DNA from: Smithellaceae bacterium
GTDB lineage: Bacteria; Desulfobacterota; Syntrophia; Syntrophales; Smithellaceae
DNA: 64,000 nt
Direction: 5' to 3'
Assembly (NCBI GenBank): GCA_963667845.2
Contig: CAXXVL010000002.1
Coordinates: 928,001-992,000 of the forward strand
The first letter of the stretch is position 1; every line of letters starts with the position of its first letter. Of the stretch, positions 1 to 10,558 are shown piece after piece. Below the pieces are notes generated by a model. That model was not told the DNA's origin. It ran no database searches and was given only the letters and a program-made list of their open reading frames with translations. The position numbers were made by a program, and so were the translations under genes.

Positions 1-97
1 GGACGGCCGCGTATATTTCGTACCCGCGTTTTTGGGCCTCATCGACAAGAAAATTGCCTATAAAACCGCTGGCACCGGTAATTAAAACCTTTTTCAT
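1..97 (-). CDS. NAD-dependent epimerase/dehydratase (extended SDR), 5' part only; runs off window edge
   Basis: Hand translation of minus strand from ATG at 97: MKKVLITGASGFIGNFLVDEAQKRGYEIYAAV, containing the TGxxGxxG Rossmann motif; not in ORF track. Confidence 0.8.
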   Translation of the reverse strand, partial: MKKVLITGASGFIGNFLVDEAQKRGYEIYAAV

Positions 98-344
98 TTT
101 ATTGATAAATATCCTTTTCGCGAGTGTACTGACTATAGGAAGCAGTATCCTGCATGTCAAGAACATTATACAGTTCCGGACAGTTCCCATGATTCATTAC
201 GGGCCATGCGGCCCCGACCGGCTCCGATTGCCACAGAAGTGCGCATGAGCCTCGCCAATGAACGGAATGCCGCTTCTCGCGACTCCTTTAAGCCCAGTGC
301 CTGATGCCGTCCATTCTCGGCCGCATAAATTTGATTAAATCTGA

Positions 345-373
345 TTGACAGGCCTACCCATCTTCTCTATATA
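345..373 (+). promoter_or_regulatory. Putative sigma70 promoter of the ABC/lipid cluster
   Basis: TTGACA (345-350), 17 nt, TATATA (368-373), about 50 nt upstream of ATG 424. Confidence 0.45.
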
Positions 374-423
374 TCGCCTGTAAAAAATGGTGTTCTCTAA
401 AAATATTCAAGTTAAAGGTCCAG

Positions 424-1113
424 ATGATTCAAGTACAAAAAGTGAGCAAGGCCTACCTCCAGGGAAAAAGGGAAATCCATGCGCTTTCCGATGTATCTTT
501 CCGCATTAAAAAAGGTGAGTTTCTTTCTATCATGGGCGCTTCCGGTTCCGGAAAGAGCACCCTGTTGAACCTTATCGGCGGACTCGATCAGCCGACCGCC
601 GGCAAAATCTTTATTGACGGCAGCCCGTTGCACGGCATCTCTGACGATGACCTCACGCTGATCCGCCGGAAAAAAGTCGGTTTTGTTTTCCAGTTCTTTA
701 ATCTGCTCCCGATCCTGACCGCAGCGGAAAATGTCGGTCTCCCGCTTCTTTTGGACGGTATTCCGTTTTCGCAGATTGAGGATAAAGTCATCCATTTGTT
801 GGAAAGCGTCGGCCTCGGATCACGAACCAAACACCGTCCGGAGCAACTCTCCGGGGGTGAAATGCAGCGCGTCGCCATTGCCCGTGCGCTGATTACGGAC
901 CCGGCCGTCCTGCTGGCCGATGAGCCGACTGGAAATCTGGATTCGCATATCAGCGAAGAAATTCTCGGGCTCCTCAAAAATTTCAACCGGGCGGGACAGA
1001 CCATCGTGATGGTCACTCACGATGCCCGGGCGGCCTCCTTCGGTACACGCCTTATCCGGCTCAAGGACGGCGGCATCATGGAAGACATCGCCATCTCCGG
1101 ATGCACGTCATGA
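424..1113 (+). CDS. ABC transporter ATP-binding protein (LolD/MacB-like)
   Basis: Walker A GASGSGKST, VGFVFQFFNL, signature LSGGEMQRVAIARAL, LADEPTGNLD, VTHD. Confidence 0.95.
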   Translation: MIQVQKVSKAYLQGKREIHALSDVSFRIKKGEFLSIMGASGSGKSTLLNLIGGLDQPTAGKIFIDGSPLHGISDDDLTLIRRKKVGFVFQFFNLLPILTAAENVGLPLLLDGIPFSQIEDKVIHLLESVGLGSRTKHRPEQLSGGEMQRVAIARALITDPAVLLADEPTGNLDSHISEEILGLLKNFNRAGQTIVMVTHDARAASFGTRLIRLKDGGIMEDIAISGCTS

Positions 1114-3698
1114 ACCTCTGGAACCTGCTTCGCTATATCAGCCTCAAACATCTCCGGCTCCGCAAGGGCCAGACCTTGATGGCCATGGCCGGTATCTGTC
1201 TGGGTGTCACCGCAATCGTTTCCATCGGGGTGGTCAACCGGAGTGTTCTCTTTTCCCTCACGGATTCTTTCAACCGGGTCACCGGCAAAGCCGAGCTGCA
1301 GGTCATCGGCGCACAGTCCGGTTTTCCCGAATCGCTGGTCGAAAAAGTCCAGGGCGTGCCGGGAGTTGAATACGCCGTGCCGGTGATCGAAGCCGATGGC
1401 ATGCTCGCCGCAGGCAAAGAACGATCGCTCATGATCCTGGGCGTGGATGTACTGGTGGACGCGCAGGTGAGAGACTATAGTCTGACCGGCGAAAGTGCCG
1501 ATATTCCCGATCCTCTCCTGTTTCTTGCGAGGCCCGACTCCATTCTGGTTACCAAGACGGTGGCCGACCGGGAAGGGTTTAAGCTCGAGCAGAAGATTCA
1601 GGTGCGGACGGTTGCGGGAATCCGGACTTTTAAAATACGGGGCATCCTCAACCCCGAAGGTCCCGCCAAGGCAATGGGGGGCAATCTGGCGATCATGGAC
1701 ATCTATGCCGCGCAAATGGCGTTCGGTAAGGACGGCCGGATCGATCGCATTGATGTGAGCCTCCGTCCGGGGACGGATTTGGAAACCGTCCGGAAGGCCA
1801 TTACCGACGCACTTCCTGCGGGCTATGTCGTAGACACGCCGGCCGGCCGGTCACGGCAGGTCGCGGATATGATCTCCAGATTTCAAAGCAGTCTCGATCT
1901 CCTCAGTTACCTGGCGATCTTTGTCGGAATGTATCTTATCTACAATTCGGTCTCGATCTCCGTGGTCCTTCGCCGCAGGGAAATCGGAATTCTGCGGGCT
2001 CTCGGAGCCAGAAGAAGCGAGATCATCCTGCTGTTTCTGGGTGAGACGCTGGTGATCGCGCTTGCGGCATCGGCGCTGGGTGTTGCCTGCGGCCTACTGC
2101 TTGCCAATTCGCTGGTGGGAACATTCAGCAGCATCGTTTCGACGCTTTACGTAAGGAGTTCTGCGGCGGAACTTCATATCACCTGGTTTTATCCCGCGGT
2201 CGGATTTGTGAGCGGCATTCTCGCCAGTCTCCTGGCAGCCCTGTTTCCAGCCAGATCCAGCAGCCTTGTTGTGCCGGCTTCTGCTATTCGCTCCGCTCCC
2301 TACGCCGAAGAGACTTTCTTCACCGCCAGGCGTCTGAATTATCTGGGCGCCTTGTGCATGCTGCTCTCGGTGCCGATCTTTGCTGTTTATGAACTGGCCG
2401 GTGATTCCCCGCTCACCAAGCACCACACGCTGCTTATTGCGGCCCAGCTTATGTTTGCCATCGGAATTTCTCTTTTCACACCGACATTTCTCAGAGGGTT
2501 CGTCACCATCTTCAATCGTTATTTTTCAATTTTTTTTGGCGCAGCGGGAAGGCTGGCGGGCCTCAACCTCAGGAAAAATCTGACGCGCAATGCAGTGGCT
2601 GTTGCAGCTGTTTTTTTCGGCATCGCGGTGTTTGTCGCGAGCTCGGGCTATGTATACAGCGTTAGGGAATCCGTTCTGGGATGGCTCGATTCCATGATCA
2701 GAGCCGATATCATTATATCGTCGGAACACCCCAGCGCCAGCGCCAATGCCCAGGGCATTCCGATACCGGTTGATTTGTCCCGTGAACTGAAACAGATTCC
2801 AGGCGTCCGTTCTCTGGAACCCTGGCGCAGGGCGTTCATCAACTATCAGGGCAGGAAGGTGCTCCTTTCGGCATCGAATCTGGCCCTGTATCCGGAACGG
2901 AATCCGTCCGGCAAACCGCCGCGCGCAGGCGCAAGTCCGGCACCCTCTTCACCGGACGTAAATCAAGTAGCGGTGAATGAAACATTTGCTGCGATCTTCA
3001 AGGTCAAAAAAGGGGACATCCTCAATCTCCCGACGCCGACGGGCTCCGTGGCTTTTCATGTGGGAAAAGTCATGGTAGATTACACCAGCGACAGTGGAGT
3101 GATCGGCATGGACATCCGGACCTATCAGCACCACTGGGGGGACAGGCTCTGTAATGCATTTTTTGTGAATGTTCAGCCCGGTGTAAAGATACAGGATGTG
3201 CGAAATGAAATTCAGCGCCGTCTGGGAGCCGATCGCAAGCTCTATATTGTCTCCGCGCTGGAATTCAAGAACGAGATACGAAAAGTGCTGGACGATACAT
3301 TCTTTTTCAACTATGCACTGAACGTCATTACACTCGTGATCGCCTGCCTGGGAATCATTGTAGCGTTACTGGCCTCCGTGATGGAAAGAACGCGAGAAAT
3401 TGGCGTTCTGCGCGCCATTGGCATGCTGAGAAGGCAGATCTCCGGAGTTGTGGTGCTGGAATCCGCGCTGATGGGACTGGCCGGCGGTATTCTCGGTTCA
3501 GTGGCCGGTGTTTTGGCCGGCTGGATCAATCTGGAAGGATTTTTTGTTACGAACTGGGGTTCCGCCAGATATTACATGCCGTTTACGTCCATTCTCTGGG
3601 CGCTGGCTCTGTCGGCGGGACTGGCCGCACTGGCTGGAATCATTCCCGCGCGCAAAGCCGCAAAAACAAACATTGTGGAGGCCCTGACTTATGACTAA
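1110..3698 (+). CDS. FtsX/LolE/MacB-like ABC permease with duplicated halves
   Basis: Two RxREIGxLRAxG motifs, two periplasmic domains, multiple TM helices; ATGA overlap with upstream stop suggests start 1110. Confidence 0.9.
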   Translation: MNLWNLLRYISLKHLRLRKGQTLMAMAGICLGVTAIVSIGVVNRSVLFSLTDSFNRVTGKAELQVIGAQSGFPESLVEKVQGVPGVEYAVPVIEADGMLAAGKERSLMILGVDVLVDAQVRDYSLTGESADIPDPLLFLARPDSILVTKTVADREGFKLEQKIQVRTVAGIRTFKIRGILNPEGPAKAMGGNLAIMDIYAAQMAFGKDGRIDRIDVSLRPGTDLETVRKAITDALPAGYVVDTPAGRSRQVADMISRFQSSLDLLSYLAIFVGMYLIYNSVSISVVLRRREIGILRALGARRSEIILLFLGETLVIALAASALGVACGLLLANSLVGTFSSIVSTLYVRSSAAELHITWFYPAVGFVSGILASLLAALFPARSSSLVVPASAIRSAPYAEETFFTARRLNYLGALCMLLSVPIFAVYELAGDSPLTKHHTLLIAAQLMFAIGISLFTPTFLRGFVTIFNRYFSIFFGAAGRLAGLNLRKNLTRNAVAVAAVFFGIAVFVASSGYVYSVRESVLGWLDSMIRADIIISSEHPSASANAQGIPIPVDLSRELKQIPGVRSLEPWRRAFINYQGRKVLLSASNLALYPERNPSGKPPRAGASPAPSSPDVNQVAVNETFAAIFKVKKGDILNLPTPTGSVAFHVGKVMVDYTSDSGVIGMDIRTYQHHWGDRLCNAFFVNVQPGVKIQDVRNEIQRRLGADRKLYIVSALEFKNEIRKVLDDTFFFNYALNVITLVIACLGIIVALLASVMERTREIGVLRAIGMLRRQISGVVVLESALMGLAGGILGSVAGVLAGWINLEGFFVTNWGSARYYMPFTSILWALALSAGLAALAGIIPARKAAKTNIVEALTYD

Positions 3699-4467
3699 AC
3701 CGCGGACGATCTTCCTGCTCTTTAGCGTGCTCATTCTTATTTCGACTTCCGCATACGCGATGAACGGACGGGAGATATACGAAAAGGTGCACGAGTTGCG
3801 CACCCGGATGCTGGACCAGAAGACGGAAGCCACCATGATTCTTTTTGACCGGGACGGAGGCAAGCGTACACGGACCCTGACGGAATACGGTAAAAATTCC
3901 GCTCCTGAAGCTTACAAAGTCCTCGTGGTCTTCAACTCGCCTTCGGATCTGAAGGGTGTCGGATTTCTGATTCATGCTCGAACGTTTGCCCAAAGGGATC
4001 TCTGGGCCTACTTTCCGGAATACAAACGCGTACGGCGCATTCCCGCGACCTCACAGGATGACTCGTTCTTCGGATCTGACTTTTCGTACGATGACTTCAG
4101 CGGGCCGCCGAACCTGAACGACTATTCTTTTAAAGTGCTTCGAGAGGAAAGCATTGACGGCAAGCCCTGCTACGTCGTTGAGGTGACTCCGAAAATTCCC
4201 CGCAAATATTCGCGATACGTTGCCTGGGTCGCCAAGAACCTCTGGGTCACCGTCAAAATAGAGTTTTACAGGGAAAAGGAGTTGTATCGCGCCGGAAGCT
4301 TCAGCGATATCCGACTGATTGACGGGCTTCCCACGCCCTTCCATCTGGAGATGGAGAACATCAAGACAAAGCACAAAACCGTATTGACAGTTAACAGCAT
4401 CGCTTACCGGACGAGTTTTCCCAATGAACTCTTTACGCAACGGGCATTGGAGCGCGGCGGACGGTAG
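3691..4467 (+). CDS. Outer-membrane lipoprotein-sorting (LolA-like) periplasmic protein
   Basis: Signal peptide; family-typical motifs F.SP.D.KG.GFL, W.Y.P..KRVRRI, SFFGSDFSYDD; overlaps permease stop. Confidence 0.85.
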   Translation: MTKPRTIFLLFSVLILISTSAYAMNGREIYEKVHELRTRMLDQKTEATMILFDRDGGKRTRTLTEYGKNSAPEAYKVLVVFNSPSDLKGVGFLIHARTFAQRDLWAYFPEYKRVRRIPATSQDDSFFGSDFSYDDFSGPPNLNDYSFKVLREESIDGKPCYVVEVTPKIPRKYSRYVAWVAKNLWVTVKIEFYREKELYRAGSFSDIRLIDGLPTPFHLEMENIKTKHKTVLTVNSIAYRTSFPNELFTQRALERGGR

Positions 4468-4520
4468 CCGGAGGATGTTGCGCCGAGAATGCATAATTTT
4501 GCGGATTCCATAGAGGAGGG

Positions 4521-5891
4521 GTGCAGATGATAAAGAAAATATGGATAGCAGCTGTTCTTCTGTTTCTTTTAACGCCCGCCGGTTACGCGGAAGACTTTAT
4601 CACTGCTTCAGGCCGGCTGAACCTGCGGGGAGTCTTACCGCTGGATAGCAACAGTGCGACCGAATACCCGAGTCTCCTGGGACGTCTAAATGTCGACACA
4701 AAGCCCTCCGCTCTGCGTTTCCACATGAATCTGGAAGGTGGATGGGATGGGGCTGTTGACCGGCCGGTACAGGATCATACGCTTCTCCGCATGGGAGATC
4801 GAGTCTATCAGAGCAACACCCCTTTTCTGGAATTTAAAGAACTCTACGGATCCTATTCAACGAATTTTCTGGAGATTCGCGCCGGCGTCCAGCGTTACTC
4901 GTGGGGTCGACTTGATGAATATCCGGTCAACGATCTACTGAATCCCTGGGACAACACCCAGTTCATCAGAAAGCCCCTGGAAGAGCGTAAGATCGGTGTT
5001 CCCTCTCTGTCGGCCCGGATGACCCGCGAGAAGTGGAACCTGGAAATGGTCTGGGTGCCCGTGCTCGTTCCTTACCGCCTTCCCCGTCTGACTGAGCGCT
5101 GGGCGGGTAATTCCCAAATTACATCGCTCGCCAAGGACTTTCATGCGGAAATTATCACGCGGGATCCTGATCTGCCCTCCCGCACTCTGGAGAGTGGCGC
5201 CGGAGGTATACGCATTCAAAGAACGGGCACGGTGGATTGGGGCGTCACCCTGTTTCACGGTTATGATCCGCGCCCCGTTTTCAGGGCTGCGGAATTGATG
5301 ATTGCAAACGTCAACGGCCAGATAGTCGTTGACCCGGGTATCGTGCCCGACTTTCATAAAATGTCGTCCGTTGGTGGAGATGCAGCGGTTGTCCTCGGCA
5401 ATTGGAGCCTGCGCGCCGAAGCAGCCTATGCGGTAGGCCGTTATTTCAATACCACTTTCGAGCAGTGGGGATATCCGACGGTTCCTGCCTTCGGCACTTT
5501 TGTGCTGAACCCCAATGAGCACAAGAGCGATACCCTTGAATACGGAATCGGAGCCGACTACCGGTTATTCGAAGACTGCGTGCTGACGATGCAGGCTCAA
5601 CAGACCTTGCTGATGGACAGACCGGACACTTTGTACAATCGGCAATTCGAAACAATCGTTTGGTTCAATCTGAAAAACGGCTTCGTGAATCAGAAAGTCG
5701 AAACGAACCTGAATTTCGCCTATAATCCGGAACATGGTGATGCCATGGCTAAAGCAAATGTCTGGTATATATTTACGGATTCGTGGAAGATAGGCGCAAC
5801 CGCGGTGACCTTCCGGGGGCCGTCCCAGTCGCTTTTCGGGAGGTATTCAAAGAATGATCAGCTGGAATTTGATCTCGTCTTTTCCTGGTGA
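4521..5891 (+). CDS. Outer-membrane beta-barrel protein (DUF1302-like)
   Basis: Signal peptide, G.Q...WGR.D...VND.LNP motif, alternating beta-strand pattern, C-terminal aromatic ..LVFSW; RBS GAGGAGG before GTG. Confidence 0.7.
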   Translation: MQMIKKIWIAAVLLFLLTPAGYAEDFITASGRLNLRGVLPLDSNSATEYPSLLGRLNVDTKPSALRFHMNLEGGWDGAVDRPVQDHTLLRMGDRVYQSNTPFLEFKELYGSYSTNFLEIRAGVQRYSWGRLDEYPVNDLLNPWDNTQFIRKPLEERKIGVPSLSARMTREKWNLEMVWVPVLVPYRLPRLTERWAGNSQITSLAKDFHAEIITRDPDLPSRTLESGAGGIRIQRTGTVDWGVTLFHGYDPRPVFRAAELMIANVNGQIVVDPGIVPDFHKMSSVGGDAAVVLGNWSLRAEAAYAVGRYFNTTFEQWGYPTVPAFGTFVLNPNEHKSDTLEYGIGADYRLFEDCVLTMQAQQTLLMDRPDTLYNRQFETIVWFNLKNGFVNQKVETNLNFAYNPEHGDAMAKANVWYIFTDSWKIGATAVTFRGPSQSLFGRYSKNDQLEFDLVFSW

Positions 5892-6092
5892 GGAGCGTGC
5901 CATTTTACGATGTCCATCAGGCGGATGAAATTTTTCGAGCTCAAAGAGTCGCTGATCCGGTTAGCTTACCCGGTGAAGTCTGTCTCGGAGAGCTTTCTTT
6001 TTCCCGGAGGGCGTGTTATTTATCCGGCGATCAAGTCTGCCGTTGCGCGATGATCAGGTATTTTACACAATAAAGTTGATAGGTTTTCTTGC

Positions 6093-7337
6093 ATGAAGTT
6101 TACGGGTCATACACACCAGGAGTTTATCGAATTTCAAGGCGCTGATCTCTTTGATATCAAAAATTATTTCTGGGAATTCTTTCAAGACGGTATTCGCCGG
6201 AAGCATTTTGTTTACTTAAATCCGCTGACGACTGCGCCGGTTTCGCAGGTGGATGCCTACGACCGTTACTCGGATGGCATCAGGCGGTACCTGAATTTTT
6301 CATCCTATAACTATCTCGGGTATTCCGTCTATCCCGAAGTCATCAAAGACGTCCAGGAAACGCTGGCCAAATACGGGACAGGCGCCGCCTCGGCGCCGCT
6401 GTTCAGCGGTTATTATGACATCACGAAGAAGCTGGAAGACAGAATCGCCGCCTTCAAGAAGAAGGAAGCGGCTCTTGTTTTTCCAACCGGTTACAGCGCG
6501 AATGTCGGGGTGCTTTCCTGCATCTTGAAACCCGGAGATGTTGCGGTTCTTGATATTCTGGCCCATGCCTCCATATACGATGGAGCAAGACTGGCCGGGG
6601 CGACCATTAAAGTCTTCAGCCATAACAGTCCGCGCCATCTGGAGCGGGTTTTGAAAGGTCTGAAAACCAAACGGGTGATGGTGTGCGTGGAAGGCGTCTA
6701 CAGCATGGACGGGGATCTGGCAAAACTGCCTCAGATCGTTGCGGTCTGCAAGAAATACGGTGCGAAAATATTGATCGATGAGGCGCACGCAACCCTCATT
6801 TTCGGAAAACACGGCCGCGGCGTCGCTGAGCACTTCGGTTTGGAAGATGACATCGACATCAGCATCGGGACTTTCAGCAAGGCATTTGGTGCCATCGGCG
6901 GCTTCGCGGTTGCCGATCACAAACTGATCAGCTTTATGCGGGTGTCTGCCCGGTCATATATCTTCTCCTGTGCCATGGCACCGCATACGGCTGCCGGCAT
7001 TCTAAAGATACTCGATATCTATTCGAAGGATAAGAGTCAGAGAGACAGACTCTGGGAGAATACAAAATATATGCACACGGTGCTCAGAGCCGCCGGTCTC
7101 GACATTGGCGCGACCCAGTCGCAGGTCGTGCCGGTATTCGTGGGCGAAGAGATGCGCCTCAGGGAAATCGGCAAACGGATTTACGAAAAAGGACTCTATA
7201 CCGGCATCGTGACCTATCCGGCGGTACCGACGAAACGCACCCGGTTGAGATTATCCGTATCCGCCTATCATACCAAAGAACAGATGGATGCCTGTGCGGC
7301 GATTTTGAAATCGGTCTTTGATGATGTTCCGGAATGA
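6093..7337 (+). CDS. PLP-dependent alpha-oxoamine synthase family enzyme (serine palmitoyltransferase/BioF/Kbl-like)
   Basis: YNYLG, FPTGYSAN, HASIYDG, EGVYSMDGD, DEAH, GTFSKAFG (PLP lysine), RLRLS. Confidence 0.9.
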   Translation: MKFTGHTHQEFIEFQGADLFDIKNYFWEFFQDGIRRKHFVYLNPLTTAPVSQVDAYDRYSDGIRRYLNFSSYNYLGYSVYPEVIKDVQETLAKYGTGAASAPLFSGYYDITKKLEDRIAAFKKKEAALVFPTGYSANVGVLSCILKPGDVAVLDILAHASIYDGARLAGATIKVFSHNSPRHLERVLKGLKTKRVMVCVEGVYSMDGDLAKLPQIVAVCKKYGAKILIDEAHATLIFGKHGRGVAEHFGLEDDIDISIGTFSKAFGAIGGFAVADHKLISFMRVSARSYIFSCAMAPHTAAGILKILDIYSKDKSQRDRLWENTKYMHTVLRAAGLDIGATQSQVVPVFVGEEMRLREIGKRIYEKGLYTGIVTYPAVPTKRTRLRLSVSAYHTKEQMDACAAILKSVFDDVPE

Positions 7338-7482
7338 TCTTGAAATCGGTGTGATCAGATTATCGGCACGAAGACATTTCGCTCCCGACTTAAAGATGTT
7401 TGGTTTTTGCCTGTTCTAAATAAATTCAACCGGCCATAACGAAGAGGCCGGTGCTGCCATAAACCCTGCAAGGCGCCATCTG

Positions 7483-9420
7483 TCAGATTCGAATTTTAGG
7501 AGCGCACTGCTGTGCCCCGGTAAGCATTCTTTTTGCCGCTTGAAAAATGCCCTCTTCATCAAGACCATACAGGGAACGCAACTCGGCTTGCGTCGCATGT
7601 TCAACAAATTCATCCCCGATGCCCAATCGGAAGACGGTGATGCCGGTTACGCTGTTTCGGGCGAGCAATTCCAGCACAGCGCTGCCGAAGCCCCCGGCAA
7701 GCACATTTTCTTCGACGGTTAACATTTTCTTAACGGATGCCGCGGTCGTTAAAAGAAGTTCTTCGTCGAGCGGTTTGATAAACCGGGCATTGATGACTTT
7801 GACTCCGAACCCCTCTTCGGCCAGTCTCCTTGCTGCCATGAGGGCAGGATGAACAGTTACGCCGACGGCGACGATGGCCAGATCGGAACCCTCCGCAAGC
7901 ACCTCGCCTCGGCCGACGGGAAGCAGCGAAATCTCGCCATCAAGCACAACACCTACGCCTTTACCACGCGGATAACGGATAGAAACCGGCGCGCCGCAGC
8001 CGATGGCCGTTTTGAGCATGCGCCGAAGTTCGTTTTCGTCTTTAGGAGCCATCATGATCAGATGAGGCAAATTGCGCAAGTAGGAATAATCAAACAGCCC
8101 CTGATGGGTCGCTCCGTCCTCTCCAACGATGCCGGCCCGGTCGATAGCGAAAACGACAGGCAGTTTCTGCAGGCAGACATCGTGCAGAACCTGATCGTAG
8201 GCACGCTGTAAAAAAGTGGAATAAATCGCCACAACCGGCAGGATTCCCTCTATCGTCAGACCGGCGGCAAACGTGACGGCGAGTTGTTCTGCAATGCCGA
8301 CGTCATATAAACGCTCGGGGAATCGGCGACGAAATTTTTCCAGGCCGGTCCCCTCGCACATGGCGGCGGTTACGGCGACAATCCGGGGATCAGCCTCGGC
8401 CAGTTCGATGAGCGTTTGTCCGAAAATCTCCGTATAGGAGGGCGCTGCATTCGACGATGGAATCGTCATCCCGGTCTCGACATCAAAGGGCGCAATGCCG
8501 TGATAGGTGGGTGAATTTTCTTCTGCAAACTTGTAGCCGCGGCCTTTTTGCGTTACGACGTGCACCAACACCGGTCCCTTCATCTTTTTGACGTTTTCAA
8601 AATTCTTGATGAGGTAGTCCAGGCGATGCCCCTCCAATGGCCCAACGTAGGTGAATCCGAGTTCCTCAAACAGAGCGCCGGGAACGACAAACGTTTTAAC
8701 GGACTCCTCGATCTGCTTGGAGAACTTGAATATCTGTTCGCCGATATTCGGTATGCTCTTGAGGAAATTCTTCAGCTCGCCTTTGAATTTGGTGACCCGG
8801 TCGCCGGTCATGATTCTGTTGAGATAAGAGGAAAGAGCGCCGACATTCGGGGATATGGACATCTCATTGTCGTTTAATACAATGATGAGATTTCTGTCAC
8901 GGTCACCGGACCAATTTAATCCCTCAAACGCCATGCCTGTGGTCAGAGAAGCGTCGCCGATAACGGCAATCGTCTTGTAGGGCTCACCTTTCAGGTACTG
9001 TGCTTCGACGAAGGCAGCAGCAGCAGCAATGGACGTGCCGCTGTGCCCGACGCTAAATGTGTCATAAATGCTTTCTTCCCGCTTGGGGAAACCGCCCAGC
9101 CCGCCGCGTCGGCGCAACGTGCCGAATTTTTCCTTGCGGCCGGTCACGATTTTATGCGCGTAGGATTGATGGCCGACATCCCAGATGAGTTTGTCATCCG
9201 GTGTATCAAAGACATAGTGCAGCGCGATTGTTAATTCTACCGTACCCAGTGACGAGGCCAGATGTCCGCCCGTAGATGCGACCGTATTGATAATCAGGGT
9301 GCGAATTTCTCCGGCCAGGGTATTGAGCTCGGCGATGCTGAGCTTGCGCAGATCTGCGGGATAGTTGATATTCGGTAGAACGCTGTAATCGACGATTTCC
9401 AGGGGTTTCATTCGGTTCAA
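7483..9420 (-). CDS. dxs: 1-deoxy-D-xylulose-5-phosphate synthase
   Basis: GGHLASSLG, IWDVGHQSYAHK, VGIAEQ, IYSTFLQRAYDQ, GEDGATHQG. Confidence 0.97.
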   Translation of the reverse strand: MNRMKPLEIVDYSVLPNINYPADLRKLSIAELNTLAGEIRTLIINTVASTGGHLASSLGTVELTIALHYVFDTPDDKLIWDVGHQSYAHKIVTGRKEKFGTLRRRGGLGGFPKREESIYDTFSVGHSGTSIAAAAAFVEAQYLKGEPYKTIAVIGDASLTTGMAFEGLNWSGDRDRNLIIVLNDNEMSISPNVGALSSYLNRIMTGDRVTKFKGELKNFLKSIPNIGEQIFKFSKQIEESVKTFVVPGALFEELGFTYVGPLEGHRLDYLIKNFENVKKMKGPVLVHVVTQKGRGYKFAEENSPTYHGIAPFDVETGMTIPSSNAAPSYTEIFGQTLIELAEADPRIVAVTAAMCEGTGLEKFRRRFPERLYDVGIAEQLAVTFAAGLTIEGILPVVAIYSTFLQRAYDQVLHDVCLQKLPVVFAIDRAGIVGEDGATHQGLFDYSYLRNLPHLIMMAPKDENELRRMLKTAIGCGAPVSIRYPRGKGVGVVLDGEISLLPVGRGEVLAEGSDLAIVAVGVTVHPALMAARRLAEEGFGVKVINARFIKPLDEELLLTTAASVKKMLTVEENVLAGGFGSAVLELLARNSVTGITVFRLGIGDEFVEHATQAELRSLYGLDEEGIFQAAKRMLTGAQQCAPKIRI

Positions 9421-9427
9421 TAAACCT

Positions 9428-10327
9428 TTATGACTTTCTGTCCATAATGTAGCGGGCGATCATCCGCAAGGGCAGCGCGCGTGCATCAAAAGCCGCAATA
9501 CCGGAAATGGCCGCCTCCACGTGCTGGGCCAATTTTTCCTTTGCTTCTTCGAGACCCAAAAGCGACGGATATGTAACTTTGCCGAGCGCTGCGTCACTGC
9601 CTGTCGTTTTGCCCATCCGAAGACTGTCGCCTTCGACATTGAGAATATCATCGGCAATCTGAAATGCAATGCCCACGTGGAGGCCGTAAACGCCGAGAGC
9701 CTGAAGCTTGGCGTCGCCCGCTCCCGCAAGGATTCCACCGGCCCGGACCGCCGCAATGATCAATGCGCCGGTTTTCCGCCGATGGATATCGGTAAGCCCC
9801 TCGAAATCCGGCTTGATTTTTTCCGCACGAATATCCAGCGCCTGTCCGCCGACCATCCCGGAGATGCCGGCGGCAGATGCGATTTCCTGGATGACGGCCA
9901 AGCGTCTTTCTGCCGCCAGACGCACCTTTTCGGCACGAGATAAGAGCACGAATGCCTCAGTCAAGAGCGCATCGCCCGCCAGAACGGCCAGCGCCTCGCC
10001 GAAAACCTTGTGACTGGTGGGTTTTCCGCGGCGAAAGTCGTCGTTATCCATGGCCGGCAGATCGTCATGAATCAGAGAATAGGTGTGAATCAATTCCAGC
10101 GCGCAGGCGACCGGCATCGCCGGAGCGATATCACCGCCGCAGGCCTCCAGAGCCGCCAGGCAAAGAATCGGCCGGATCCTCTTGCCGCCCGCGAAAACAC
10201 TATAATGCACGGCGGTACGCAATTCCTGAGGAACGCTTTCTTCTTCCGAAAGATAACGTTCCAATGCTTCTTCAACGATCTTCCGTCGATCCTTCAAATA
10301 GGCGTCAAGAAAATCCTCATTATTCAT
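9428..10327 (-). CDS. ispA: Farnesyl/geranylgeranyl diphosphate synthase
   Basis: GGKRIRP, HTYSLIHDDLPAMDNDDFRRG, FQIADD; conserved xseB-ispA-dxs order; start MNNEDF overlaps xseB stop. Confidence 0.93.
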   Translation of the reverse strand: MNNEDFLDAYLKDRRKIVEEALERYLSEEESVPQELRTAVHYSVFAGGKRIRPILCLAALEACGGDIAPAMPVACALELIHTYSLIHDDLPAMDNDDFRRGKPTSHKVFGEALAVLAGDALLTEAFVLLSRAEKVRLAAERRLAVIQEIASAAGISGMVGGQALDIRAEKIKPDFEGLTDIHRRKTGALIIAAVRAGGILAGAGDAKLQALGVYGLHVGIAFQIADDILNVEGDSLRMGKTTGSDAALGKVTYPSLLGLEEAKEKLAQHVEAAISGIAAFDARALPLRMIARYIMDRKS

Positions 10328-10553
10328 CGATGTCTTCATCCTGAAAGTCTTTTACGTGCAGCGCATTTTCTTTTTCCAGCAACTGTTCAACGCGGCGCTG
10401 GGTTTCGTCGAGCTTGGCGGAACAAAAGCGGATCAATCGGACGCCTTCTTCAAAGGATTTCAGTGCCGAATCCAGCGGCATTTCACCCGTTTCCATTTCT
10501 CTTACTATATTTTCCAGTTTTTCCAAAGCGTCTTCAAATTTTTCCTTTGCCAT
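10320..10553 (-). CDS. xseB: Exodeoxyribonuclease VII small subunit
   Basis: FEDALEKLENIV..ME.GEMPLD...FEEG; synteny. Confidence 0.95.
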   Translation of the reverse strand: MAKEKFEDALEKLENIVREMETGEMPLDSALKSFEEGVRLIRFCSAKLDETQRRVEQLLEKENALHVKDFQDEDIDE

Positions 10554-10558
10554 GTTGT

